IMG/VR virus record: IMGVR_UViG_3300025860_000003 | Location: 32,001-96,000 of that record | Origin: a virus | DNA length: 64,000 bases | Reading direction: 5' to 3' (one strand) | Shown here: in pieces, positions 45,886-54,584 of the stretch | Position numbering within the stretch: the stretch's first letter is position 1 | Layout: every line of letters begins with the position of its first letter | Position numbers and translations under genes: made by a program | The notes under the pieces: model-generated | What the model saw: the letters and a program-made list of their open reading frames with translations, nothing else | Databases searched by the model: none | What the model was told of the DNA's origin: nothing

Positions 45886-46643
45886 TACCAGCTACCCCCT
45901 TCACTAAATGGATTCATTTCGCTGAAGTCAAGGAAGTCGTCAGATTCTGTGTTGAAGAGATCATTGGTGGCAGCTTTGTCAGTATTCTCGATAGCATAAC
46001 TCTCATCGACAATACTCTCACCAGACTCAAGAACAAGATTGTCTCCGTCCTCAGCAAGTATCTGGGTATCCATCATATCACCAGAGTATGCGTCTTCAAT
46101 ACCGTCAATCGCAGGAATGCCAGTGTTAAGTCTCTCGTGGCTGTATTCGAAGAGTTCACAACGCAAGTCGTATGTTTGCAGAGAACCCATCTGATAGAAT
46201 ACAGACTCATGCTCAACAAACTTCACTTCAAATATCTTATTATTCAGAGGGAAGTATATTAGATCTCCTTCTGATGGTCTGCCGATAGTGTTTGTTGTAT
46301 TCTCAAGCGGTATCTCTTCATCGAAACGTTTGCGCGCAACAGTAAGAACCATCTCATCGCGGATCTCGATATTGAACTTTGAGAGGAAATCACCCTCGCC
46401 TTCAAACCCATCAACAGACTTGATATACATCTCAACAATATGTGCGTTGGTCACATCACTGCCATTTACTGTATTAAATTTAGACAGTATGTCTTCGCCA
46501 AATAACTTATCTTCGGCAATAAGTTTTCTTGGCATGTAGTAACAGTCAATTCCATAGATCTTTATTGATTCAATGATCAAATTCTCTATTAGATTTTGTT
46601 CGCCACTAAAATCTTGATTGTTGAAATATAAGTTTGTCGCCAT
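45885..46643 (-). CDS. gp14: neck protein
   Basis: EQNLIENLIIESIKIYG...RPSEGDLIYFP...FYQ.G. Confidence 0.95.
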   Translation of the reverse strand: MATNLYFNNQDFSGEQNLIENLIIESIKIYGIDCYYMPRKLIAEDKLFGEDILSKFNTVNGSDVTNAHIVEMYIKSVDGFEGEGDFLSKFNIEIRDEMVLTVARKRFDEEIPLENTTNTIGRPSEGDLIYFPLNNKIFEVKFVEHESVFYQMGSLQTYDLRCELFEYSHERLNTGIPAIDGIEDAYSGDMMDTQILAEDGDNLVLESGESIVDESYAIENTDKAATNDLFNTESDDFLDFSEMNPFSEGGSW

Positions 46644-46647
46644 AATG

Positions 46648-47388
46648 TTAGCCTATCATGTCCATTGCTGGCATTGAGAATTTCTTCTGAACTTCTTCTT
46701 CTAACTTAATTATTTCTTCGTTAGCTTCTTGCCAGATAGTCTGACCGTTGAATGTTATTCCTCCTGGAAGTTGCATTCCTTCAAACTTCTTCATATTCTC
46801 GCCCCACTGTCGCTTAATTAAAGCTGTAGCGTATTGACGCAACCACCAATCACCCCAAACAGAAGTGTATGTGTCTGGATCCAATATTTTGTAGCACTCG
46901 ATGATTATATACTCACCGACCGACACTTGTTTCCAGTCCATATCAATCTGCAGTCTATCAGTATGTCTACTGAACCTGATTGGCTTTTTGCCCACAAATA
47001 GTTCTTCAAGCAGAGCAATCCTTTCCATTGAAGAAACATAGTTTTGGACTTTGGCGTGAGACCAATCATAAACGTCATTCAACGTCATCTGATATCTCAT
47101 ATTGAATATGTTGTTGGTGTTCAGACCATTACCGATAGGGAATATGTTGATAACACCCATGATGGTCTGAGGGATAGCAAGATATTCGTTAGATATATCA
47201 TCTGCTGTCAATTGGTGTTTGAGGAATGTTCTCTCTGTGCCGTCATAATGATAGTCTTGATAGAATACAAGAGCGTCATCAACGCGATCATCCAGCTGCA
47301 TTTCATCAACGTTGATCTCTACGACAGGTGCGCCAAGTCTGCGCAAGCAATATTTTTTGAATTCTGTTCTTGTTGTCGGTGTCGCCAT
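46648..47388 (-). CDS. gp13: neck protein
   Basis: YCLRRLGAPVVEINVD...KRQWGEN..KF.G.QLPGG. Confidence 0.96.
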   Translation of the reverse strand: MATPTTRTEFKKYCLRRLGAPVVEINVDEMQLDDRVDDALVFYQDYHYDGTERTFLKHQLTADDISNEYLAIPQTIMGVINIFPIGNGLNTNNIFNMRYQMTLNDVYDWSHAKVQNYVSSMERIALLEELFVGKKPIRFSRHTDRLQIDMDWKQVSVGEYIIIECYKILDPDTYTSVWGDWWLRQYATALIKRQWGENMKKFEGMQLPGGITFNGQTIWQEANEEIIKLEEEVQKKFSMPAMDMIG

Positions 47389-47422
47389 GTTTAATAGTCT
47401 CGAAGTCTAGAATAATCAAGAC

Positions 47423-47430
47423 TATTTATA
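47423..47430 (-). promoter_or_regulatory. late promoter TATAAATA (gp13)
   Basis: Exact consensus. Confidence 0.8.
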
Positions 47431-47440
47431 AGAAACGGAA

Positions 47441-47785
47441 CTACTCTGGATGGCGGTCTTCTACTTCTACAAAATTGCCATCTTCGTCTATAATATATGG
47501 TGTAGGAGCCGCAACTGCATTTTCTATAATATAGTCTCTGTAACTGTCTCTAAATTGTTCTGTCCAATTTTCAGCTCGGTGTGCAGAAACTGCATCATAC
47601 ACGACCTGCAAGCCCCGACACCGCTCAAGGTTCCACTCGATTAAGTCATCAGTCAATGGTGCGAATATTATAGCTTCTGCTACAGAGGAAAAGCAATCAT
47701 ATTCCGTTTCGAATGTGATACTCAGTTGCTTGAATTGATCGTCGAGAACTTCAGAAGATGTGATGGTGCACGATATCGGTATCAT
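47441..47785 (-). CDS. hypothetical protein (fibre-associated?)
   Basis: Coupled to the upstream ORF by ATGA overlap. Confidence 0.6.
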   Translation of the reverse strand: MIPISCTITSSEVLDDQFKQLSITFETEYDCFSSVAEAIIFAPLTDDLIEWNLERCRGLQVVYDAVSAHRAENWTEQFRDSYRDYIIENAVAAPTPYIIDEDGNFVEVEDRHPE

Positions 47786-49725
47786 GGCTCTATATACCTC
47801 ATTACTGAAATTTGGTTGTCTGTAGAAATTGGAGGATATATTTGTGTCTGTCCATAACCCCCGAAGTATGTGTTTGGCGGCTTTTGGTCACGATATGCAT
47901 ATGTCGTGTAAGTGCCAGCAGCTGTGCCCCACAGTTTGGGATTAGATTTGTCATGTATAGACTGTACACTCATCCTACACCCACCACTGTACTGTAGCCA
48001 TTGATTAGTGCCAGAAAACTGGTGCGCCTTTACGTTGGGAGTTGTCCTACTGGAGATCAATCTTGCGAGACCAGAAGGTGTACTCCTGCCTTCTCGCCAT
48101 TGCTGCGATGAACCAGACTGATGATCAGATGCTGTCATATGCAATACAATATCACCATATTTGCATGGATATGAAAGAACATCCCTATAACCATAAGACT
48201 CATCTGAAAAGACGGTAGGTCTGTTTCCGTTTCTTAGATAGTGTCCACCCGACCCAGTCAAGTCTGCAGGTTCCCATTTTCCTGGAAGAACCAAAAGGCT
48301 AGATGAATTCCACCAATTGGGATCCAGATCCTTATGCTGCGACTTAACGCGAGCAAGATCAGAATATGGGATGTCTAAGTGGATATAACTAAACTCGCTG
48401 TGCCCCATCTCGTCCATATTATTGGAGCCAATGTCATATTGTCTTTCGGGGTTCTGAGCATATATACCAAGACTTCTATCCGCATACCACCCTTGCATAG
48501 AGATTAGTTTTGTTGCTTCATCGCTGCCACCTAGAGTGAAGTCTGTAAGTCCCGCAAGATAGTCACCAGCTGAAAGTCTGTCAAGCTCGAGATTATTATT
48601 AATGTGCGAGACGAATTCATTGATTTTTAATTGAGTCAGAACATTTGAAGAGGTAGAAGTCTCGCCACTTGGACGCAATCTAGCGTGATGGAATACAAGA
48701 GTGGTGTGTTTAGTATTTCTTGTCTTTTCGTGGTGGTGTCGATATCCCGAAGAACCTAGAGTAGATGGGCTTGATGTACCCTTTCGAATTCCAAAGTTAT
48801 AAGTTGTGATTGGGCGTCTGGTCGGTTCATTCACTAAATTCTGACCCTTGAAATCAAGGTCATCATCTATCGCACCCACAACATCGAAGATACCATCATA
48901 TGGATCTGCAACAAAGTCATTCCTAGCACGTTCTTGGCTGGTGAAATTATTCGCTGCGAGATAACCCATCAATGACGGGATCTCCCATTGTTTGAGATTC
49001 TTCCCTTTATTTCTGAAGTCTGAGAACTTTATCGTGTTTCCATGTGTAGGTATTTCGTGCGTTGACTCTATCGCAAAGAACACATTGTTCGCTTCACCGC
49101 GAGGGACATCCATTTTTTGCATAAACTTTTCGGACGTATCCTCGACTACACCACCATCGATAACCATTCCTGGAGCTATATCTTGATAAGTTGCAATTTT
49201 CTCCTTCAAGAAATAATTTGCATCAACCACACCATTAGCATGGTTTGTTATATCATACAACCCGCCGCTTGTGTAGTGAGAAACCTCGGTAGTGTCTGCT
49301 AATCCTCTAGAAAACGCGCCTCTAAAATCGCCATAAAAACCATTTTCAGGCTGGCCAGCACCAGCAGGATGCGTAGTCTTACCAACGGTCAAGCCATTTT
49401 GATAGTCGCGCAGAATAGTCGCGTATTTACTTCCTTCTGGTTTAGACGCATCGTACCTGAGAATGAACCGCGATTCACTAAAGGTATTAGTATCATATTT
49501 GTCTGACGCAAAACTTGCATCAGACGTCAATCCTCTATAAAAGCCACTTAGATATGCTTGGGAATGAGTTTGGTTGGTGTGTTGGGTGTAATTATTAGCG
49601 AAGCCGAACTCATCTAAAAGACCATTATGGTATTCAAACGAATTATCTGAGTTGGTGTTGGCCACAGTAACCGTTTTCTTAAATCGGATACTCTTGTGAC
49701 TTGATGATGATGGAAATATCGGCAT
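47782..49725 (-). CDS. putative virion adhesin / fibre-tip protein
   Basis: 647-aa ORF in a late operon; EFG...LS.FY and IP..G..I.FSDF motifs of fibre-docking N-termini. Confidence 0.55.
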   Translation of the reverse strand: MPIFPSSSSHKSIRFKKTVTVANTNSDNSFEYHNGLLDEFGFANNYTQHTNQTHSQAYLSGFYRGLTSDASFASDKYDTNTFSESRFILRYDASKPEGSKYATILRDYQNGLTVGKTTHPAGAGQPENGFYGDFRGAFSRGLADTTEVSHYTSGGLYDITNHANGVVDANYFLKEKIATYQDIAPGMVIDGGVVEDTSEKFMQKMDVPRGEANNVFFAIESTHEIPTHGNTIKFSDFRNKGKNLKQWEIPSLMGYLAANNFTSQERARNDFVADPYDGIFDVVGAIDDDLDFKGQNLVNEPTRRPITTYNFGIRKGTSSPSTLGSSGYRHHHEKTRNTKHTTLVFHHARLRPSGETSTSSNVLTQLKINEFVSHINNNLELDRLSAGDYLAGLTDFTLGGSDEATKLISMQGWYADRSLGIYAQNPERQYDIGSNNMDEMGHSEFSYIHLDIPYSDLARVKSQHKDLDPNWWNSSSLLVLPGKWEPADLTGSGGHYLRNGNRPTVFSDESYGYRDVLSYPCKYGDIVLHMTASDHQSGSSQQWREGRSTPSGLARLISSRTTPNVKAHQFSGTNQWLQYSGGCRMSVQSIHDKSNPKLWGTAAGTYTTYAYRDQKPPNTYFGGYGQTQIYPPISTDNQISVMRYIEP

Positions 49726-49740
49726 TATTATTTTCCTATC

Positions 49741-50073
49741 TTATTCTTCTTGCAGCCAAGGCAAATCTCTAGCTACTGGTGCGCTTTGCTTCATTTCAAT
49801 GATACCATCGACCATAGCCTTGATTCTATTAGCGTCTTCTTCAGATATATTCTGTTCTATCCACCCAACCACAGTAGCTGCTTCTAAAGAATCAAAGGCT
49901 ATGGTTGTTTCTGTGATAGATGGGTCGATCTCAGTATTGTAGGCGATATGCGCTACTGTACCGTCATCAGCAGTAGCTACATATCTCCAGTTTATGTTAC
50001 AGACCAAACCCGCTGTATCATCAACAGTTTTAGTGTCAAGATAAGTAATGTCGTAATAGTATTCGGTTGCCAT
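49741..50073 (-). CDS. small tail-fibre-associated protein
   Basis: V.NINW......DG...F..L....V.GW...LPW pattern common beside fibre genes. Confidence 0.65.
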   Translation of the reverse strand: MATEYYYDITYLDTKTVDDTAGLVCNINWRYVATADDGTVAHIAYNTEIDPSITETTIAFDSLEAATVVGWIEQNISEEDANRIKAMVDGIIEMKQSAPVARDLPWLQEE

Positions 50074-50111
50074 GTAATTTCCTGCGATTAATTATATTCT
50101 AAGTTATGAAC

Positions 50112-50119
50112 TATTTATA
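50112..50119 (-). promoter_or_regulatory. late promoter TATAAATA
   Basis: Exact consensus. Confidence 0.8.
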
Positions 50120-50132
50120 AGGAATACACTTC

Positions 50133-51260
50133 CTATATTTTGATTTTTTGCTTTTTCATCTTTGTTGCTGGTATAGACCCGCTTTGTATGCACTTCTCCA
50201 TTAAAGATTCCTGAGTAGAGTTTGATGGGTGTTTCACAAACATTCTATCACCAGCATCATTGTATGCGACCCAAACATATTCACCAACCACCCCATATAC
50301 TTCTGCTGAATATTCTACTGGATAATCGACTTCTAATTCTGGAAGATAAAATGACTTAGCGAGTACACCCTCCCTTTCCATATCACTAACCTTTGCATTG
50401 TATGCGTACATCCAATTGAAATTATTAGAACCAAACCCAGAAACATTACAAACAACTCCTGGGATACTATTATCATATATGTATGTTGGTGTCAATTCAT
50501 CTGTACATACCATGTCAAGCCTGCCGTGATATGCTTCATTCTTGAGTGTTAGGTATTGAATCGTATCTTCCCCTATAAGAATATCCTCAATGAATGGAAC
50601 CTTTGCAGCCTTTCTTGAGTACCACGTCACCCTGCAATGTGCTTCAGTCTTCTCCGAATACAGTGCTTGCTTTCTATAGTATTTCTTTTGCTCAACTATC
50701 TCTCTATATGAAACTGATTTACTGGGCAACACTGAGTCTAGATGATCTGTGTTTTGTATGAGATGGTCAGACGGTCTGGTGAATGGGAATTGAGGTTTGA
50801 CATACAGGTCTTCTTCTGTTAGTGAATCAACGCCACCTTCCTCAACTTTCCTGCGAATCAAATCGTGTTTTTTAGCGTCAACAACCAAAGCAACTTGATT
50901 GTATAAACAAATACAATCTGGGGGCGATTCTGTATTGGATATATGTTTGTACATCCATACGCCATGCGGTGTTAAGTAGTCGTCGCCGTCAATCAAAACA
51001 AAGTGATCGTCATCCTTACTGAGGAATATGTCTAGAACACTATTCTTTCCCTTTCCAGCAGATCCATTAGACTCTGTTATGTAGTATTCTATGCCCTCAG
51101 CCTCACACCACTCCGATGCACTTTCGACATAGGTTTTATTTAGACTGTTTATGACTACAACAAGATCTTCCTTTTCGATCCCACTAGCGTTGGGATCAAC
51201 GTGTCTTTTGAGTCTATCTAATCTCCTAGTTGTGAGGACATAAAATTTAAACTTAGCCAT
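50133..51260 (-). CDS. GT-A fold (GT2-like) glycosyltransferase
   Basis: GKGKNS.L, FVLIDGDDYL (DXD) and IGED motifs; coupled to the upstream PLOD-like gene by TAATG. Confidence 0.7.
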   Translation of the reverse strand: MAKFKFYVLTTRRLDRLKRHVDPNASGIEKEDLVVVINSLNKTYVESASEWCEAEGIEYYITESNGSAGKGKNSVLDIFLSKDDDHFVLIDGDDYLTPHGVWMYKHISNTESPPDCICLYNQVALVVDAKKHDLIRRKVEEGGVDSLTEEDLYVKPQFPFTRPSDHLIQNTDHLDSVLPSKSVSYREIVEQKKYYRKQALYSEKTEAHCRVTWYSRKAAKVPFIEDILIGEDTIQYLTLKNEAYHGRLDMVCTDELTPTYIYDNSIPGVVCNVSGFGSNNFNWMYAYNAKVSDMEREGVLAKSFYLPELEVDYPVEYSAEVYGVVGEYVWVAYNDAGDRMFVKHPSNSTQESLMEKCIQSGSIPATKMKKQKIKI

Positions 51261-53131
51261 TAATTCATGTCACCTTGGTATCTTGATGTCCACATAGTTA
51301 AGCTGTACTTGACACCTTTTTGGAGTTCCATACACTCATGTCCGTGTGTCACCATTCCAGGAAATAGTATGCAGCGACCGACAGCAATATCTTTATTCGA
51401 TATATTTTGTCTGTGGAACAATAGATCAGCGCCTTCATAGTCGTCATTCAATTTTACTGACCCTGTAACCAAACTTGCGTCTGTGTGGTGGCTCAAGCTA
51501 GTCTGTGTGTCCATAGCATACCGCATAACAAAGGCATCACGCAAGCCATACATCTGCATCGGACGCCAATATTGTTCAATAATCGGATAGAGATTTTTCT
51601 CCCAATGCCTTTCTAGTGTTTGGAACATACCAAGTTCTTTCATGCGTATTTCTTGTGCTGGAAATTTGTCTCCAGGAAGTGGTTCCCATGCGCCATTTCT
51701 ATCAGCGACATCAATTAAATCTTCACACTGCGTTTGTGTCATAAAGTCACAAACCAGCATATCCGTGTCTATAATGTCAACATGCTTGAATGCAGGCAAG
51801 TATAGCATTGGAGTGACTTGCTTCACCGATCGCACCATACCATCAAAATGTGTCTTAGCCTCGTTTCCTCCATTACCATGATAGATACATGAATATGCGT
51901 TGGTTATAGGATTGAAGACTTTCTTCTGATCATACTCGAAATATGTATCTGTGTCATGTGTCTGGAAGATATAACACTCATTATCAAGAGCAATGTCATA
52001 TTTGCCAGACAGAAACGCTTTTTGGTAGAAGAGCTGATCATCTTCATACTCAGCAATCTCGCTATCTGCGACAATACGCTTCAATTCGTCAACGCGACCG
52101 ATGAACGTTCCGCTGTTCAAGTATTTGTATTTCGTGTCGCACTGCGGAAACTTATCCGCAAGGCTCTTATCTGGCCAAATGTATTGTTCTGCTGAGAATA
52201 CAACTTTCTTCTTGAACCCAAGGTATCGTCTTGTTATTTCTTGGATGTCTGCATTGTAAATAACATCATATGCGTCTGTGAACAAAACAACATCACTATC
52301 AGGCAGTGTGTTGAGATACTCACGAAATATAGTCACCTTGTGCCCACCACCTGCTCCTGACATGTCAGTGCCTTTCCACTCAACATTGGTTCCTAGATTT
52401 TTAGGGTATACGCTATGCAACGCTGCGCTATCATTTAGCGGGATACACTTCTTACGATCAGTCCCTATTGTGACGGGATGGGTTTTAAAATCAACGAACC
52501 AGCCGCTGTCTTCTTCCTTCTCAATATCGGTATGTAATACCGTTCTACATTCTTGCTTCACAACATCTGTTTTCAGCGCCACAGCATTCAGATCCACTAA
52601 TCTGGAGCAGAGATAATCGTCTGTTGGTATGATGTCGTGCATGAATTTAGCGTCAGAAAGAACCTTTGCTGTTTCTGGAGTGATCACATACGCATGAGCA
52701 TTATATGGATGATTCGGGACAACCAACTTACTGTCAATAGATTTTGCTAGATCAGGAGTTTGTTCGATGTGTCCTAAGAATATGATACCGTAACTATTCG
52801 TCAGGTCTTCTACATATTCTTCATCATATCCATCAAGAAAGACTGCATCATCTTCTAATACTAGAACAGGCTCGCCTAGTTTGATGCAGGACAACCACGC
52901 TTCTCTGTGCGATAAGAAACAGCCAACTTCACCGTGGTTTATTGTTCTGTTGAAGAATGGATCCCGCCAACCAGACTTGGTCGACATATTGAATTGTTTG
53001 AGTGTTTGATGAGTGACTTCCTTTCCGTCTATAGCTTGAATCCACGAGACATCACCTATATGACTATTCTTATCTAGAAAGTTTATTTTGCGGTCTGCTC
53101 TCCGATCAAGATTGATCACCAACTTCTTCAT
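51260..53131 (-). CDS. three-domain GT25 + PLOD-type glycosyltransferase + lysyl-hydroxylase-like 2OG-Fe(II) dioxygenase
   Basis: GT25: INLDRRADR, AIDG, GEVGCFLSH, LEDD. PLOD GT: GGGHKV, FTDAYDV, FSAE..WPD, YLNSG.FIG, DDQLFY, IFQ, HGNG. Hydroxylase: FVMRY...Q.SL.HHTDAS, DYEG, FPG.VTH.H. Confidence 0.88.
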   Translation of the reverse strand: MKKLVINLDRRADRKINFLDKNSHIGDVSWIQAIDGKEVTHQTLKQFNMSTKSGWRDPFFNRTINHGEVGCFLSHREAWLSCIKLGEPVLVLEDDAVFLDGYDEEYVEDLTNSYGIIFLGHIEQTPDLAKSIDSKLVVPNHPYNAHAYVITPETAKVLSDAKFMHDIIPTDDYLCSRLVDLNAVALKTDVVKQECRTVLHTDIEKEEDSGWFVDFKTHPVTIGTDRKKCIPLNDSAALHSVYPKNLGTNVEWKGTDMSGAGGGHKVTIFREYLNTLPDSDVVLFTDAYDVIYNADIQEITRRYLGFKKKVVFSAEQYIWPDKSLADKFPQCDTKYKYLNSGTFIGRVDELKRIVADSEIAEYEDDQLFYQKAFLSGKYDIALDNECYIFQTHDTDTYFEYDQKKVFNPITNAYSCIYHGNGGNEAKTHFDGMVRSVKQVTPMLYLPAFKHVDIIDTDMLVCDFMTQTQCEDLIDVADRNGAWEPLPGDKFPAQEIRMKELGMFQTLERHWEKNLYPIIEQYWRPMQMYGLRDAFVMRYAMDTQTSLSHHTDASLVTGSVKLNDDYEGADLLFHRQNISNKDIAVGRCILFPGMVTHGHECMELQKGVKYSLTMWTSRYQGDMN

Positions 53132-53197
53132 TCTCTACCCCATAATAATTGTGTGTATCAGTTTTGTATTATATTTAGGAGCGGTCGTAGAATTACA

Positions 53198-53503
53198 TTA
53201 CCTGATGAATGTGTGCAGACTATTCAAAGCTGTCAACAATTCCCCTGCTTCAAATTTATTATCATCAATTGGTGTGTTATCTCTGTGTGTTATAGATATT
53301 TTTGGATACTCTGTAAACTCGGGGAAGAGTGTTTGTGATTCACTTTCAGTGAAATCTGCGCCCAAATTAAGAACAGTAACATCAAACTTGTACAACGACC
53401 AAGGATATTTTCTATCAACAAGCCAATTGTCTACAGTTGCGGACGCAGAATCAACACCAGTTGAGTTGGCATCGCTATATATTTTTATCTTTATTTCACT
53501 CAT
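53198..53503 (-). CDS. hypothetical protein
   Basis: ORF after the fibre cluster. Confidence 0.55.
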   Translation of the reverse strand: MSEIKIKIYSDANSTGVDSASATVDNWLVDRKYPWSLYKFDVTVLNLGADFTESESQTLFPEFTEYPKISITHRDNTPIDDNKFEAGELLTALNSLHTFIR

Positions 53504-53516
53504 TATGTTCTCTGAA

Positions 53517-54584
53517 TTAGTCGTGGAATGTTACATATGGTGCAAATACTTGCAGACCGCCACTCAGTACTGAAGGGTTGGCAGGATCGTGCAGGTCATT
53601 GTCACCTTCATGCATGTACGAGCAGTTTTCCGCAAAGTACATGGCGAAGCCTAGTTTCCTGCTAGTTCCTGTCTCTAGCGTGATTGTCGCTTCAATGTCT
53701 GTCCATTGCTCAATGTTGTCTTGATCTATTAGTAGTGATTCAGTAGCGGTGGTTGTGGTTTGGTTGGTGTAGAATGGCGCATTTGTACTAGTCGATTGAG
53801 GGGTGTTTGACATTCCTGTCCAATTATACTTTCCAGGATCTCCAGTCAAATCACCTGTCGGAAGAGTGTAAGATGCGTCAGTGTGTTTAATTCTGATGTA
53901 GTGCACCTTTTTATCTAGCCCAGTCGCATTCTCAGACCAAACATAAAAGCCTGCAAAATTCAATTCTCTCAGTTTATCTCCCGCAGGAATTCGCACTTTA
54001 GCTCCGAACTTAGCGGTTGTCTTGCCGTCTGGAATTGTCAGAGTCTGGAACCACTCCGTAACATTAGTCCACAATCCGACATTAGTCATAGCAGTGCTGC
54101 TGTCGATCGTGGATAATGTTGTGTGCGTAACCATCCTTGTCTTCGTTAAATTAGTGTATTTTCCGTTTTGAGAAGCACCTCTATCCGCATCATTGTTGGT
54201 GAAACTGCCTGTCGCCGAACCTGCGAACAGAGTGGCAGAACCATATATTATCAGAGGGTTTGGTATATCAATGCCTTCACCAAAATCTGTAACCGTATAT
54301 CCAGGATTGTCCGTTATCTGCAGATTGCCCATGTATGTGTAATACTGATTGGTTGCGATTATTAGCGGTGAGTAATGTCTCCATGCGGGAACAGATGTAT
54401 TGACGCCATTACTGATGGTGGTTGATGTGGTGGCGTTGACAAGCCTGTTGACACCGTTGTAATTAAACCCTACAGGATAAAAGCTGCCATGTGCCCAGAG
54501 AGGATTCTCTAGTACATTATCTGCGCTAGATACTGGAGGCACAAGGTTGTTTGGGGCAGTTGATACAACTGCGCTACTAAACAT
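53517..54584 (-). CDS. putative virion structural protein (carbohydrate-binding-like)
   Basis: Thr/Asn-rich, beta-rich; coupled to the fibre gene by TAATG. Confidence 0.6.
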   Translation of the reverse strand: MFSSAVVSTAPNNLVPPVSSADNVLENPLWAHGSFYPVGFNYNGVNRLVNATTSTTISNGVNTSVPAWRHYSPLIIATNQYYTYMGNLQITDNPGYTVTDFGEGIDIPNPLIIYGSATLFAGSATGSFTNNDADRGASQNGKYTNLTKTRMVTHTTLSTIDSSTAMTNVGLWTNVTEWFQTLTIPDGKTTAKFGAKVRIPAGDKLRELNFAGFYVWSENATGLDKKVHYIRIKHTDASYTLPTGDLTGDPGKYNWTGMSNTPQSTSTNAPFYTNQTTTTATESLLIDQDNIEQWTDIEATITLETGTSRKLGFAMYFAENCSYMHEGDNDLHDPANPSVLSGGLQVFAPYVTFHD

